NCBI GenBank assembly: GCA_965216315.1
Contig: CBDCFN010000016.1
Span: 1,376,001-1,440,000 of the forward strand
Reading direction: 5' to 3'
Source of the DNA: a bacterium
GTDB lineage: Bacteria; UBA10199; 2-02-FULL-50-16; JAJFLM01
DNA length: 64,000 nt
In this document: positions 7,442 to 18,472 of the stretch, piece by piece
Position numbering within the stretch: position 1 is the stretch's first letter
How the letters are laid out: every line of letters starts with the position of its first letter
Translations under genes and position numbers: made by a program
Notes under the pieces: model-generated
Databases searched by the model: none
What the model was told of the DNA's origin: nothing
The model's input: the letters and a program-made list of their open reading frames with translations, nothing else

Positions 7442-9403
7442 TTACGATAGATAAGTATAGCCGGCAAGGGCCTGTTTGTATTCATGGAGAAGATCCATGC
7501 CTGAACTGGAACGGAGCTGGCCGGAGCGGATGGCTTGATCGACCTGGGCCTTGAAGCGGCGGACCAGGTCCTGGGTGTCATATTGGGTATCCTGCAAGAC
7601 CTCGTCGATGGATGAACCCCGCATGACTTCCTCGATATAGTAGCCCTTATCCTCGTTCGCATCGGCATAGACGTGGATCTCATTGACCCGTCCAAACAGA
7701 TTGTGATGGTCTCCCATGATATCCTGGTAGGCCCCTGTCAGGAAGATTCCCAGATAATAGGGTTCATCCCCGATCGCATGAACGGACACGCCCGCCCCAC
7801 TCGCCTCCATTTTGCCCTCGGAATCGCAGGTGATATCCACCAAAGACGCCACGTATTCGGGCTTTTCATTCAGGCGATGAATCGGAACGATGGGAAACAA
7901 CTGATCAATAGCCCAGTTGTCGAGTAAGGACTGGAAGATAGAGAAATTACAGACGTATTGGGACCCCAGGTCGGCTGCCAGCTGAGTAATTTCAGCCGGA
8001 ACGGAGCCCTGTTGCTCACAGCGATGAACGATCATGCCGGCGACGTGCCAATAGAGATCCTCCACCTTGGCTCGCGTTTCCAGATCCATCATGCCGACAT
8101 CAAAAAGACTTAAGGCCTCTTCGCGGATATGATGCAGTTGATGATAGGAACGAACCAAGTCACGGCCGGCTTCGATTTCGCTTAGCAGGCCCAGTATATC
8201 CCGGACCAGGCGGTGTTCCGCATCAAGCGATTGAATTTGCAATAAACGCTCTCCGCGCCCCTTTTCGACGTTTGCAAAGGCTTCGACGAGTAAAACGGCA
8301 TGGGGAGCCACGATAAAGCGACCGCTCTCTGACAAGAGACCGGGATGAGAGACGCGTTCTTCATTACAAATGTCACGCACGCAATTAACGATCGTGCTGG
8401 CGTATTCTTCGACGGAGTAATTCTTCGATGACGCCTGACTCGAGGCCGTGCCATCATAGTCGACGGCCAAGCCCCCGCCGACATCCAGATATTCGAGAGG
8501 AGCCCCCAAATGCACAAATTTCGCATAGTATCGGGTGGCCTCACGCGTCGCCGCCTGAAAAGAACGAATATCCGGTATTTGCGACCCAATATGAAAATGA
8601 ATCATCTTAAAAGCTGAAGCCAGCCCGTGGGATTGCAAGCGCTCCCACGCCGTCAGCGCCTCGGACGCGTTCAGCCCGAATTTCGCACACTCCCCGCTCG
8701 AATCGGACCATTTTCCACTCCCGCGGCTATACAGGCGCATACGAATCCCGAGTTGGGGACAAACTTTGAGTTCGTGAGACAATCGGATAATTCGATCCAC
8801 CTCATCAAGCTTCTCGATGACAATAATGATGGTGCGACCCAAGCGTTGTGCTTGCAGAGCCAACCGAATAAAGGTGTCATCTTTATACCCATTACAAATA
8901 ATGGGTCGTTCCCCATTATCATTAATTGCCAAAGCGGCTACGAGCTCTGCTTTACTCCCTACCTCAAGCCCGAGTTGATAATCCCGTCCGGCTTCGAGTA
9001 TCTCTTCGACAACCTCACGAAGTTGATTGACCTTAACCGGATAAATTCCTTGATAATCATTTTCGTAACCCGCACTGCCAATCGCCCGATCAAAGGCCTG
9101 ATGCACCCTCTTGACGCGCTCCTGCAGTAAGTCCTGAAAACGAATTTGCAACGGAAAAGACAGGCCCTTCTCCTTAGCCTCTTCTGCAATCTCGAGCAGA
9201 GAGACAGGATGACTTTGGCGGCGCGGGTTACAGGTAACCTCTCCCCGCTCGTTGCCGGAAAAATATCCCAGCCCCCATCGATCCATCTTGTATAGAGCTA
9301 TTGAATCCGCCACCGACCAGGCCCGACGTTTAAGCGCCGGCATGGCATCCAGTATTTTAGCTCCTTTGATGGGAGAGCTCTTGTCAGGTTTGAGTATCTT
9401 CAT
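7442..9403 (-). CDS. speA: Biosynthetic arginine decarboxylase
   Basis: YPVKVNQ (PLP lysine), HFHIGSQI, LDVGGGLAVDYDG, DITCDSEG, GAYQDIMG. Confidence 0.95.
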   Translation of the reverse strand: MKILKPDKSSPIKGAKILDAMPALKRRAWSVADSIALYKMDRWGLGYFSGNERGEVTCNPRRQSHPVSLLEIAEEAKEKGLSFPLQIRFQDLLQERVKRVHQAFDRAIGSAGYENDYQGIYPVKVNQLREVVEEILEAGRDYQLGLEVGSKAELVAALAINDNGERPIICNGYKDDTFIRLALQAQRLGRTIIIVIEKLDEVDRIIRLSHELKVCPQLGIRMRLYSRGSGKWSDSSGECAKFGLNASEALTAWERLQSHGLASAFKMIHFHIGSQIPDIRSFQAATREATRYYAKFVHLGAPLEYLDVGGGLAVDYDGTASSQASSKNYSVEEYASTIVNCVRDICNEERVSHPGLLSESGRFIVAPHAVLLVEAFANVEKGRGERLLQIQSLDAEHRLVRDILGLLSEIEAGRDLVRSYHQLHHIREEALSLFDVGMMDLETRAKVEDLYWHVAGMIVHRCEQQGSVPAEITQLAADLGSQYVCNFSIFQSLLDNWAIDQLFPIVPIHRLNEKPEYVASLVDITCDSEGKMEASGAGVSVHAIGDEPYYLGIFLTGAYQDIMGDHHNLFGRVNEIHVYADANEDKGYYIEEVMRGSSIDEVLQDTQYDTQDLVRRFKAQVDQAIRSGQLRSSSGMDLLHEYKQALAGYTYLS

Positions 9404-9596
9404 CGCAAGGTCGCCAGTATTAGCCTAAAAAAACGATTCGCGTCAATTGACCTAAATCCCTGCCCTAACGCCCTGAAAATACGTATGAAATAGCGCTTTC
9501 CCCTGATTCGTTCTTGTAAAATCATCCTATAAAGAGCAAAGTGTCGCCTCGGATCACGCGATCCTATTGATTGATAACACTTAAGAGGAGGATTTC

Positions 9597-10241
9597 ATGC
9601 AGGGATATAAGGGTTTATTTGCCATGGTGATGGCTACGGCCATCCTTTCTTTTGCTGCCTGCGGCGGCGGAGACAATAATAACAATAACAACACAGGTAC
9701 TTTAACGGATGAAGAGGCCGCATCAGCGGTCACGGCGGCTTTCAGCACCTACTCCACGGCCCTCTCGCAGGCTTTTGGTGGCGGTGGAGCCACCCTGCTC
9801 AGTGATGACGAGGCCTTAGTCGATACGATCAAGGACGTCATCAGCGTCAATCCATCGGGAAGTTGTTCCGATGGTCCGATTCCAAACCCGAGCGGTTCGG
9901 CATTTAACAATACCATCACCGGTGGAGGTGGCGGCAGCTGCACGCTCCTTATCGATGGTACGTCGAACACGTTCGACGCTGTACTCGATTGTACTGATTA
10001 CGTCCCGAATTCAGGAGACACGGTCTCGTTAGACGGAAAAGAGGGCTTTTCAGTCACATCCGCAGGAACAGGTGACGCGACGATTGCCTGGGGCTCTGAC
10101 AACCTTCAGATGACAATCAATGGAACGCTTTGTGACGTCAATATTGACTTTGCCGCTACGATCGCCGGGGAGGCTATTACCTTCAACGGCTGCATCGCAG
10201 CTTGCGGTCAAGGCTACACGATTTCCGGGACATCACCGTAA
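9597..10241 (+). CDS. Cys-containing lipoprotein of unknown function
   Basis: GAGGAGG SD; lipobox FAAC followed by a GGGDNNNNNN linker; six further Cys. Confidence 0.85.
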   Translation: MQGYKGLFAMVMATAILSFAACGGGDNNNNNNTGTLTDEEAASAVTAAFSTYSTALSQAFGGGGATLLSDDEALVDTIKDVISVNPSGSCSDGPIPNPSGSAFNNTITGGGGGSCTLLIDGTSNTFDAVLDCTDYVPNSGDTVSLDGKEGFSVTSAGTGDATIAWGSDNLQMTINGTLCDVNIDFAATIAGEAITFNGCIAACGQGYTISGTSP

Positions 10242-10261
10242 CTTAGCTTATTGATATCCTT

Positions 10262-10298
10262 AAAAAGCCCGGTCTGCTCCCGCAGGCCGGGTTTTTTT
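10262..10298. terminator. Bidirectional intrinsic terminator
   Basis: AAAAA-GCCCGGTCTGC-tccc-GCAGGCCGGGT-TTTTTT between convergent genes. Confidence 0.9.
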
Positions 10299-13200
10299 AT
10301 GCCTTTTTTAGGGCTTTATGATACGCCTGGACCGCTTTGACATCTAAGCCCTTGTAACGAATGGACTGAATCCCTTCGACAGCCGCGGCGGCCGCTGTGA
10401 TCGTCGTAAAGTAAGGAATCTGGCTCATAAGAGCCGTTCGTCGGATACTAAAAGAATCAAGCGCCGAAACCCGCCCTTCCGGTGTATTCATAACAACATC
10501 GACCTCACCTCGCTGTATGAGATCAACGATATGCGGAGAGCCCTCGGCCACTTTATTAATCCGTTCCGTTGCCACTCCGAGCGTCTGGAGATACTCACAG
10601 GTGCCGCTCGTGGCAATCAATCGAAATCCCATTTCAGCTAAGCTTTTCGCAATCGGACCGGCCGCGACTTTATCTTCGTCGCGCACGCTCAGAAAAACCG
10701 TCCCATCCAATGGCAAACCATTGCCACAAGCTAATTGTGACTTGGCAAAAGCCCTCCCAAAGCTCTCGTCAATTCCCATGCCCTCCCCTGTCGACTTCAT
10801 CTCCGGTCCTAGGATGGTATCGACTCCGGGAAATTTCGTAAACGGAAAGACGGACTCCTTCACGGAGAAGTGGCTCGGAACGATCTCTTTAGTAAAGCCT
10901 TGTGAACGCAAACTAATACCAACCATCGTCTTAGCGGCTATTTTGGCCAGGGGTTCCCCTATCGCCTTGGAAACAAAAGGAACACTACGCGAAGCCCGTG
11001 GATTGACTTCGATGATGAAAACCTGATCCCCTTTCAAAGCAAATTGAACATTCATCAGCCCAATGACATTCAGCTCTAAGGCCATCAATTTCGTCTGGCG
11101 GGAAATCTCATTAATAAGCTTCTTTGGTAGACTGTGGGGCGGCAAGGCCATGGCGCTATCACCGGAATGAATCCCCGCCTCTTCAATATGCTCCATAATG
11201 CCACCAACAACGACCTGCTTTCCGTCCGACACGGCATCGACATCAACTTCGACGGCCCCATCCAAAAACTGATCGATCAAAACGGGATGGGACGGAGACA
11301 TGACCACCGCCTCTTTCATATACCTGCGCAAGGCCGTCTCGTCGTAAACAATCTGCATGGCACGACCACCGAGGACATAAGACGGCCTAACCACGATGGG
11401 ATACCCGATCCTTTTGGCTATCTTAACCGCCTGTGCTTCTGATTCGGCCGTTCCGTTCATAGGCTGTAACAACTTCAGCTTACGTATCATCTTCGCAAAT
11501 TGCTTGCGGTCTTCAGCGCGATCAATGCTATTCGGTGAAGTCCCGATAATCGGCACTTTGGCCTTCTGCAACGGAACGGCTAATTTAAGGGGAGTCTGAC
11601 CACCGAATTGAACGATGACACCCTTCGGTTTTTCGGTCTCGACAATTTGCATCACGTCCTCAAAGGTCAGTGGTTCAAAATAAAGCCGATCTGAAATGTC
11701 ATAATCAGTACTGACGGTCTCGGGATTGCAATTGACCATTATCGTTTCATAGCCCTCCTCACGCAAGGCAAGGCTGGCATGAACGGCACAATAATCAAAT
11801 TCAATCCCCTGACCGATACGATTAGGACCGCCACCCAGTATCATGATTTTCTTGCGTGAAGACACGCGCACTTCATCTTCATCATCATAGCTAGAATAAT
11901 AATAAGGCGTTTGCGCCTCAAACTCAGCGGCACAGGTGTCGACAAGTTTGTACCCAGGAGTCAGCTTGAGCCGTTTGCGTTCCTTACGAACATCCGTTTC
12001 TTTTTTGCCAATGACGGTTGCAATGCGACTATCTGCAAAGCCCTGCTCCTTTGCCCCCCGTAAGATCTCCCGTCGCTTGGCTTTATTTCGTTCCTTTTTA
12101 AGCTTGGAAACTTCTTTAGTCTCATAACGAATAATCTCGGAGATGTGGTAAAGGAACCACGGATCGATCTTCGTCCACTTCTGAACGTCTCTGAGGGATA
12201 TGTCGCGGCGAAAAGCCTCCCCGATGTACCAAAGCCGATCTGAATTAGGAACGGAGAGTTTTTCACGAATAATGCGCCTTGCCTTTTGTTTGAGTCGCGG
12301 TAGCCCCATATCGACGAATCCATCCCGGTCGATTTCCATTGATCGCATCGCTTTATGGAGACTCTCACGAAAGGTCCGGCCGATCGACATCACTTCACCA
12401 ACCGATCTCATCTGTGTCGTTAAGCGATTGTCGGTTTGTGAAAATTTCTCAAAGGTAAATCGAGGAATTTTTGTCACGACATAATCTATCATCGGCTCAA
12501 ACGAAGCCGGCGTGGTACCGGTAATGTCATTGGTGATTTCATCCAAAGTGTAGCCGACCGCCAGTTTGGCAGCTATCTTGGCAATGGGGAATCCGGTCGC
12601 CTTTGATGCTAGAGCAGAGCTTCTGGAAACGCGTGGGTTCATTTCAATAACAATCAGGCGACCGTCTTTGGGGTTGATCGCAAATTGAATATTCGAACCC
12701 CCTGTATCAACGCCTATTTCGCGAATAATTTTAAGCGAGGCATTCCGCAGTATTTGGTATTCTTTATCCGTTAAGGTCTGAGCGGGAGCAATCGTAATGG
12801 AATCACCTGTATGAACCCCCATCGCATCAAGATTCTCAATCGAACAGATAATGACGACATTATCCTTGGTGTCACGCATGACCTCGAGTTCGTATTCTTT
12901 CCAGCCGACTGCCGATTCTTCCACGAGAATCTGGGTAATGGGCGATGCTTCAAGCCCTAACTTGGCATATTCCTCAAACTCTTTTTCATTCTTGGCTACG
13001 TTGCCACCGGTGCCACCAAGCGTAAAAGCCGGCCGAATAATCGCCGGATACTTCGTTTTCTTGACAACCTCTCGGGCCTCATCCATGGTCTTCGCAAAAC
13101 CACTGCGCGGCATTTCAAGGCCAATCCGTTCCATCGCTTCCTTAAAAAGCTCCCGATCTTCAGCCATTTCAATGGCCGGCAGCTTAGCCCCGATCAGTTC

Positions 13201-13539
13201 GACGTTGTACTTGTCGAGTATTCCCCCTTTAGCGAGGGCCACAGCGGTATTAAGGGCGGTCTGGCCACCCAGAGTCGGCAACAAGGCTTCCGGCTTTTCT
13301 TTGGCCAGTATCTTTTCAACGATGTCGACTTGAATCGGTTCAATATAGGTCTTATCTGCAATATCCGGATCCGTCATGATCGTCGCTGGATTAGAATTGA
13401 TGAGGATTATCTTATAACCTTCCTCACGCAGCGCTTTACAGGCCTGAGTCCCCGAATAATCAAATTCACAAGCCTGCCCAATAACAATGGGACCCGATCC
13501 AATGATGCATATTTTCTTTATGTCAGTACGTTTTGGCAT
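10297..13539 (-). CDS. carB: Carbamoyl-phosphate synthase large subunit
   Basis: [28 protein letters not shown]; two ATP-grasp halves; MGS domain; start taken at ATG 13539. Confidence 0.98.
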   Translation of the reverse strand: MPKRTDIKKICIIGSGPIVIGQACEFDYSGTQACKALREEGYKIILINSNPATIMTDPDIADKTYIEPIQVDIVEKILAKEKPEALLPTLGGQTALNTAVALAKGGILDKYNVELIGAKLPAIEMAEDRELFKEAMERIGLEMPRSGFAKTMDEAREVVKKTKYPAIIRPAFTLGGTGGNVAKNEKEFEEYAKLGLEASPITQILVEESAVGWKEYELEVMRDTKDNVVIICSIENLDAMGVHTGDSITIAPAQTLTDKEYQILRNASLKIIREIGVDTGGSNIQFAINPKDGRLIVIEMNPRVSRSSALASKATGFPIAKIAAKLAVGYTLDEITNDITGTTPASFEPMIDYVVTKIPRFTFEKFSQTDNRLTTQMRSVGEVMSIGRTFRESLHKAMRSMEIDRDGFVDMGLPRLKQKARRIIREKLSVPNSDRLWYIGEAFRRDISLRDVQKWTKIDPWFLYHISEIIRYETKEVSKLKKERNKAKRREILRGAKEQGFADSRIATVIGKKETDVRKERKRLKLTPGYKLVDTCAAEFEAQTPYYYSSYDDEDEVRVSSRKKIMILGGGPNRIGQGIEFDYCAVHASLALREEGYETIMVNCNPETVSTDYDISDRLYFEPLTFEDVMQIVETEKPKGVIVQFGGQTPLKLAVPLQKAKVPIIGTSPNSIDRAEDRKQFAKMIRKLKLLQPMNGTAESEAQAVKIAKRIGYPIVVRPSYVLGGRAMQIVYDETALRRYMKEAVVMSPSHPVLIDQFLDGAVEVDVDAVSDGKQVVVGGIMEHIEEAGIHSGDSAMALPPHSLPKKLINEISRQTKLMALELNVIGLMNVQFALKGDQVFIIEVNPRASRSVPFVSKAIGEPLAKIAAKTMVGISLRSQGFTKEIVPSHFSVKESVFPFTKFPGVDTILGPEMKSTGEGMGIDESFGRAFAKSQLACGNGLPLDGTVFLSVRDEDKVAAGPIAKSLAEMGFRLIATSGTCEYLQTLGVATERINKVAEGSPHIVDLIQRGEVDVVMNTPEGRVSALDSFSIRRTALMSQIPYFTTITAAAAAVEGIQSIRYKGLDVKAVQAYHKALKKA

Positions 13540-13549
13540 ATCTATCAAA

Positions 13550-13607
13550 CCTCTCCCGACCTTCGGCCACCCTCTCCTTACTTAAGGAGAGGGGCTGGAG
13601 GTGAGGT
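13550..13607. repeat. CCCTCTCC..GGAGAGGG palindromic (REP-like) element filling the carA-carB gap
   Basis: CCCTCTCCTTA-ct-TAAGGAGAGGG inverted repeat with CCTCTCCCGACCTTCGGCCA and (minus strand) CCTCACCTCCAG leaders. Confidence 0.7.
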
Positions 13608-14729
13608 CTATCCTTTCATCAATTGAATAAACCTCTCAAACAAATAGTGCGAATCATGCGGCCCAGGCGACGCCTCCGGGTGATATTGGACCGAAAAGAC
13701 ATTATGCTTTTTAAGCTGTATTCCCTCGACCGTTTTATCGTTGAGATTAACATGAGTCAGCTGCGCCTTTTTCTGCAGCGAATCGACATCGACAGCAAAA
13801 CCGTGGTTTTGGGCTGTAATTTCAACCTTGCGCGTCGATAAATCCATCACCGGATGATTGCCCCCATGATGCCCGAATTTGAGTTTGTAGGTCGAGCCGC
13901 CGAGGGCCAAAGAAAGGAGTTGGTGCCCCAGGCAAATACCGAAAATCGGAACAGAGCCGACGAGTTGGTTGATGTTTTCGATGGCATAATTCACGGCAGC
14001 CGGATCTCCCGGACCATTAGATAAAAACACGCCATCAGGCTTCATTTTGAGAACCTGGTCGGCCGTCGTCGCCGCCGGCACGACCTCAACATGACAACCT
14101 ACACCAACTAAATTCCGTAAGATACTGTATTTTATGCCAAAATCATATGCCACTACGCGGAATTTGAGCGCGGCCTTCTTAAGTGGCTTCCCGGTGAGAT
14201 CGGTCAGGCCTTCCTTCCATTGATAAGCCGCTTTACAACTCACCCGTTTGACCAAATCGGCGCCCTCGATCCGAGGAGCCGCAGCAAGCTTTTTAAGGAG
14301 TCGTTTCGTATCAAAATCCCGACTTGAAATGATCCCCATCTTAGCGCCTTCGTCCCGAAGGTGTCTTGTCAAGGCACGTGTATCAATCGCTTGTATTCCC
14401 ACCACCCGATTGCGCTTTAAATAACTATCTAAGGTAGAGCGACACCGGAAATTACTCGGCATCGAATTATAGTTTTTGACAATATACCCTGATAGAAAGG
14501 CGCGACGCGACTCATCATCATCATTATTAACGCCGTAGTTGCCGATTTCCGGGTAAGTCATGCAAACAATCTGGCCACAATAAGACGGATCGCTGATAAT
14601 CTCTTGATAGCCGGCCATGCTGGTATTAAAAACAACTTCACCGGTCGCTTCACCTTCGGCTCCAAAATGCTTCCCGGAGAAGACACGTCCATCCTCAAGA
14701 ACTAATATGGCTGCTTTATTCTTCGGCAT
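13608..14729 (-). CDS. carA: Carbamoyl-phosphate synthase small subunit
   Basis: [39 protein letters not shown]; start taken at MPKNKAAIL. Confidence 0.97.
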   Translation of the reverse strand: MPKNKAAILVLEDGRVFSGKHFGAEGEATGEVVFNTSMAGYQEIISDPSYCGQIVCMTYPEIGNYGVNNDDDESRRAFLSGYIVKNYNSMPSNFRCRSTLDSYLKRNRVVGIQAIDTRALTRHLRDEGAKMGIISSRDFDTKRLLKKLAAAPRIEGADLVKRVSCKAAYQWKEGLTDLTGKPLKKAALKFRVVAYDFGIKYSILRNLVGVGCHVEVVPAATTADQVLKMKPDGVFLSNGPGDPAAVNYAIENINQLVGSVPIFGICLGHQLLSLALGGSTYKLKFGHHGGNHPVMDLSTRKVEITAQNHGFAVDVDSLQKKAQLTHVNLNDKTVEGIQLKKHNVFSVQYHPEASPGPHDSHYLFERFIQLMKG

Positions 14730-16002
14730 CGTACACTGACTCCCCCGCAACTATCGTATGAATCACACGACCAATGAGCGCTTTACCGCCAAAAGGCGTA
14801 TTGTGTGAACGAGACCGAAACTGGGCTGGATCCACATTCCAACAGGCCTCCGGATCAACTATCGTTACATCACCATCGGTCCCCGGCTCGAGCCGCCCTT
14901 TGCTATCGAGTTTCAGGATACGGGCTGGATTACACGTCATTTTAGCAATCAACTCCGCTTCCGAAAGTCCGGCTTCTCTTCCCACCGTCCAAGCCACAGC
15001 AAAAGCTGTTTCCAGCCCAACCATTCCCGGCGCCGCAAATTCAAAGGCCACGTCTTTTTCCATTGAACTATGCGGCGCATGGTCGGTTGCAATGACGTCG
15101 ATAATTCCCCGCTTTAATGCCTGGAGTAATTGGCGGCGATCACTCTTAGTCCGTAACGGCGGATTAACCTTTGCCTCGGTACGAAAACCAAGCACCTCTT
15201 CCTCTGTAAGAAACAAATGGTGAGGTGTTACCTCACATGTGACCCCGATACCTTTATCTTTTGCTTTAGCGATGATCTCAATCGCTTCTCCGGAGGAAAC
15301 ATGGGCAATATGCAGATGGGCACGCGTTAAAGCAGCTAAGGCGCAATCACGCGCCACCATCACCGCCTCGGCCGTTGCCGGGCTTCCGTTGAGACCTAAC
15401 TGCGTCGCCACCCAGCCCTCGTTGATGCCCGGATAACCGGCAAAGTCTGGGTCTTCTGAATGCGTGATGACCGGGAGTCCAAAAGATTTTGAATACTCCA
15501 GAACCTTGCGCATAATCTTCGCATCAGTGACACAATGACCATCATCGGAGACCGCAACAATACCGTATTGGCTCATTTCGCCAATTTCGGCCAAGCTCTC
15601 GCCCGCGAGATTTTTCGTGGCGGCACCCACGGGATAAACATTGACACAGGCCTCACGCGCCACTTGTGCCATGATATACCGAGTCACTGAGGCATTATCA
15701 TTAACCGGGTTTGTATTCGCCATACAGACAAGACTCGTAAACCCGCCGGCTGCTGCCGCTTCACAGCCGGTTTTAATCGTTTCCTTATGCTCCCCTCCAG
15801 GCTCACGTAAATGGGTGTGCATATCAATCAGCCCGGGAATAACCAGCTTGCCCGCCGCATCGATAACCACAGCCCCGCGCTTTTGACGCACTTTAGCCTG
15901 AACCTCTTCGATGCGTCCATCAATGATACGAACATCAGCGACTTGATCAAACCCTGATGACGGATTAATAACGCGGCCTTTATGAATTATGAGTTCACTC
16001 AT
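14716..16002 (-). CDS. pyrC: Dihydroorotase
   Basis: [29 protein letters not shown]; start taken at MSELIIHKG. Confidence 0.95.
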   Translation of the reverse strand: MSELIIHKGRVINPSSGFDQVADVRIIDGRIEEVQAKVRQKRGAVVIDAAGKLVIPGLIDMHTHLREPGGEHKETIKTGCEAAAAGGFTSLVCMANTNPVNDNASVTRYIMAQVAREACVNVYPVGAATKNLAGESLAEIGEMSQYGIVAVSDDGHCVTDAKIMRKVLEYSKSFGLPVITHSEDPDFAGYPGINEGWVATQLGLNGSPATAEAVMVARDCALAALTRAHLHIAHVSSGEAIEIIAKAKDKGIGVTCEVTPHHLFLTEEEVLGFRTEAKVNPPLRTKSDRRQLLQALKRGIIDVIATDHAPHSSMEKDVAFEFAAPGMVGLETAFAVAWTVGREAGLSEAELIAKMTCNPARILKLDSKGRLEPGTDGDVTIVDPEACWNVDPAQFRSRSHNTPFGGKALIGRVIHTIVAGESVYDAEE

Positions 16003-16993
16003 TCTCTTCGTCGCTCTTCCATTTACTGTGATGCACAAGCAAGTACAAAACCGCCATCCGGACAGCAATCCCATTAGTCACTTGGTCAAGGATCATATTG
16101 CGTGGTCGAACCGCTTCAGCACCATCCTTTACTAAAGCCGTATCAGCAATAGCAGGAGAAATTTCTACGCCACGATTGATTGGGCCGGGATGCATAATAA
16201 TCGCCGTATCTTTCATAAACTCAACCGCTTCATCACCAAGTCCAAAGAAGCGCGCATATTCACGGAGAGTAGGAAAATTGGCCTGATCCTGCCGCTCTTG
16301 CTGGATACGCAGTAAAATAACCGCATCGGCCTGCGGCAGAGCCTCACGTAAATAATGATAGACTTCGACTCCCATTTCTTCGAGCCCGTAAGGCATTAGC
16401 GTCGCCGGACCCACAACGGAAATGCGAGCCCCTAATTTGCGAAAACCATAGATGTTAGACCGAGCGACCCGGCTAAACCGTATATCCCCGATAATCACGA
16501 CATGCTTGCCTTCAAGATCTCCCAAGGCTTCTCGAGCTGTGAATAAATCGATCAGCGCCTGAGTGGGATGCTCATGGGCCCCATCGCCTGCACTCACGAC
16601 GGAGGCATCGGTATATTCAGTAAATAAGGAGGGAACACCGCTACTCTTATGACGGACGATCAATATATCCGGCCTCATGGCATTCAAGGTTTCCCCCATA
16701 TCCTTTAAACTCTCCCCTTTCGAAAGACTGGAGCTCCCCGTATTAATATTCAATAAGTCGGCAGAGAGCCGTTTGGAGGCTAGTTCAAAGGAAGTCCGCG
16801 TACGCGTCGAGGGCTCAAAGAAAAGGTTCATGATAGTCCGCCCGCGCAATGAAGGGACCTTCTTGATCTGTCGAAACAAAACTTCCTTAAAAGATTTGGC
16901 GGTATCCAGAATAGCTGAAATCTCCCCGGCCTCGAGATCGCGCAGCCCTAAGAGATGTTTACGGTTAAATTGTTGTGCCGCGGCCTCAACCAT
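15995..16993 (-). CDS. pyrB: Aspartate carbamoyltransferase catalytic subunit
   Basis: FFEPSTRTRTSF, HEHPTQAL, HPGPINRGVE. Confidence 0.97.
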   Translation of the reverse strand: MVEAAAQQFNRKHLLGLRDLEAGEISAILDTAKSFKEVLFRQIKKVPSLRGRTIMNLFFEPSTRTRTSFELASKRLSADLLNINTGSSSLSKGESLKDMGETLNAMRPDILIVRHKSSGVPSLFTEYTDASVVSAGDGAHEHPTQALIDLFTAREALGDLEGKHVVIIGDIRFSRVARSNIYGFRKLGARISVVGPATLMPYGLEEMGVEVYHYLREALPQADAVILLRIQQERQDQANFPTLREYARFFGLGDEAVEFMKDTAIIMHPGPINRGVEISPAIADTALVKDGAEAVRPRNMILDQVTNGIAVRMAVLYLLVHHSKWKSDEENE

Positions 16994-17516
16994 GAGGGCC
17001 TCCCCGCTCGATAACAACACTATCATCCCCATCGACTTCTTTCAGTCTGACTTCGACATTATCCGTCGGCTGGGTTTCGATTTGTTTTCCCACGATATCC
17101 GCCTGAATGGGCAGTTCACGATGACCGCGATCAATCAAAACAACAAGAATGACCCGGCTCGGACGTCCATACTCCAACAACGCATTTAAAGCCGCTCGGA
17201 TTGTCCGGCCTGTGAAGAGGACATCGTCAACCAGATAGACAATGCGATCATCGACTGAAAACGGCAGATTGGTCACACCAATCTGCGGATTAGGCGCGAT
17301 ATGGGAAAGATCGTCCCGGTAGAAAGTGATATCGAGGCTCCCCACTTCGGGTTGCGCGTCTCCCGCCTTAAGCAAACGAGCAGCTAAGCGCTCCGCGAGC
17401 GGAATGCCCCGGCGCCGTATCCCGACCAGGAGGGGCTGATCCACCCTTTCCTTCACGATAGCAGCGGTCAGGCTATCCAGGATCTGAGCAATCTCCTGTG
17501 CGCCCATCAACTGCAT
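16986..17516 (-). CDS. pyrR: PyrR regulator / uracil phosphoribosyltransferase
   Basis: LDITFYRDD, LVDDVLFTGRT, DRGHRELPI. Confidence 0.95.
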   Translation of the reverse strand: MQLMGAQEIAQILDSLTAAIVKERVDQPLLVGIRRRGIPLAERLAARLLKAGDAQPEVGSLDITFYRDDLSHIAPNPQIGVTNLPFSVDDRIVYLVDDVLFTGRTIRAALNALLEYGRPSRVILVVLIDRGHRELPIQADIVGKQIETQPTDNVEVRLKEVDGDDSVVIERGGPHG

Positions 17517-17539
17517 GAGGAAATCCCCTTTAAATTCCT

Positions 17540-17575
17540 AAAAAAAACCTCCCCGAAGGAAATTCTGAGGAGGTC
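17540..17575 (-). terminator. Attenuator-type terminator in the pyr leader
   Basis: ACCTCCTCAGAA-tttcc-TTCGGGGAGGT plus T-tract, between the promoter (TTGACA 17640-17635) and pyrR. Confidence 0.8.
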
Positions 17576-17668
17576 AAGAAGGCACAAACCGGCGTTGGAC
17601 ATTAAAGCGGTCTTCTATTCACTACCGCCGCCCTTGTCAAGAAATTGCCTTCCGAGGGTGAAATTTCC

Positions 17669-18442
17669 CTATTCCAGCCAATGACCGAAGCGGTCCCAGC
17701 GGACCCCGAATTTATCATAATTGAGAGAGAGCCAGACAAACATGGCTCGCCCTTTGAGGTTGGTTAGCGGAACAAAGCCCCAATCACGGCTATCTGAAGA
17801 GCGATTCCGGTTATCCCCAATAACAAAAAAGTGCCCTGCCGGTATCGTCACATCAAAACGCATCGGCATCGCCGCGCGGTGATACTGAACCACAAAGTGC
17901 TTGTCCGCTATCGTTTCAATATAAAACTCGTAATCACTCCAATTAGGAAAGCTGTTCACCTCAAACGAAGGGACATTACTGTTCTTCAGAACCGGCTCAA
18001 TCTTGAGGAGCCCATCGCGCGCGGAGGCCTTGGCCCGTACTTTCGGCACCTCGACCTCATTAATATAGAGTCGCTTACCGTCCATAGCAATACGGTCACC
18101 GGGTAAACCAATGACACGTTTAATGAAATCTTTTTTCTCATCAATAGGATAGATAAAAACGGCAATATCCGCCCGCTCCGGATTGCCAAAACGGGCAATC
18201 CAATTCTTGCTCAGCGGCACCCGCAAGCCATAGGCGAATTTGTTCACAAAAAGATGGTCGCCGATCAAAATAGAAGGCACCATGGAGGCTGAGGGCACTT
18301 TAAACGCCTCAATGACAAAAGAGCGCAAAACAACCGCTACAAGCAGGGCCGTAATCAAGGCCTCTGAGTATTCCCGAAGCTTTGACTTCTTCTTTTTTAC
18401 AGGCTTTGCTGCCTCGACTCCTTGTTCTTTAGCATCGGTCAT
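17669..18442 (-). CDS. lepB: Signal peptidase I
   Basis: VPSASM (Ser), DFIKRVIG (Lys), GDNRNRSSDSR.WG. Confidence 0.96.
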   Translation of the reverse strand: MTDAKEQGVEAAKPVKKKKSKLREYSEALITALLVAVVLRSFVIEAFKVPSASMVPSILIGDHLFVNKFAYGLRVPLSKNWIARFGNPERADIAVFIYPIDEKKDFIKRVIGLPGDRIAMDGKRLYINEVEVPKVRAKASARDGLLKIEPVLKNSNVPSFEVNSFPNWSDYEFYIETIADKHFVVQYHRAAMPMRFDVTIPAGHFFVIGDNRNRSSDSRDWGFVPLTNLKGRAMFVWLSLNYDKFGVRWDRFGHWLE

Positions 18443-18472
18443 CGAATAGTCCTCATATATATCTGGACGCCT

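Noticed and set aside
9445..9455. Third dif-like half-site (minus strand TTAGGTCAATT)
   Set aside because: No matching spacer or XerC arm; overlaps the putative speA -35 region
13540..17032. Longest-ORF starts for carB, carA, pyrC and pyrB (also 7272, 36468, 53645, 56336)
   Set aside because: They run into neighbouring genes or promoters; downstream starts fit family N-termini or SD sites better
17590..17610. Canonical PyrR-binding RNA motif
   Set aside because: CTTTAA and GTCC are present but the conserved GAGG loop and closing stem are absent
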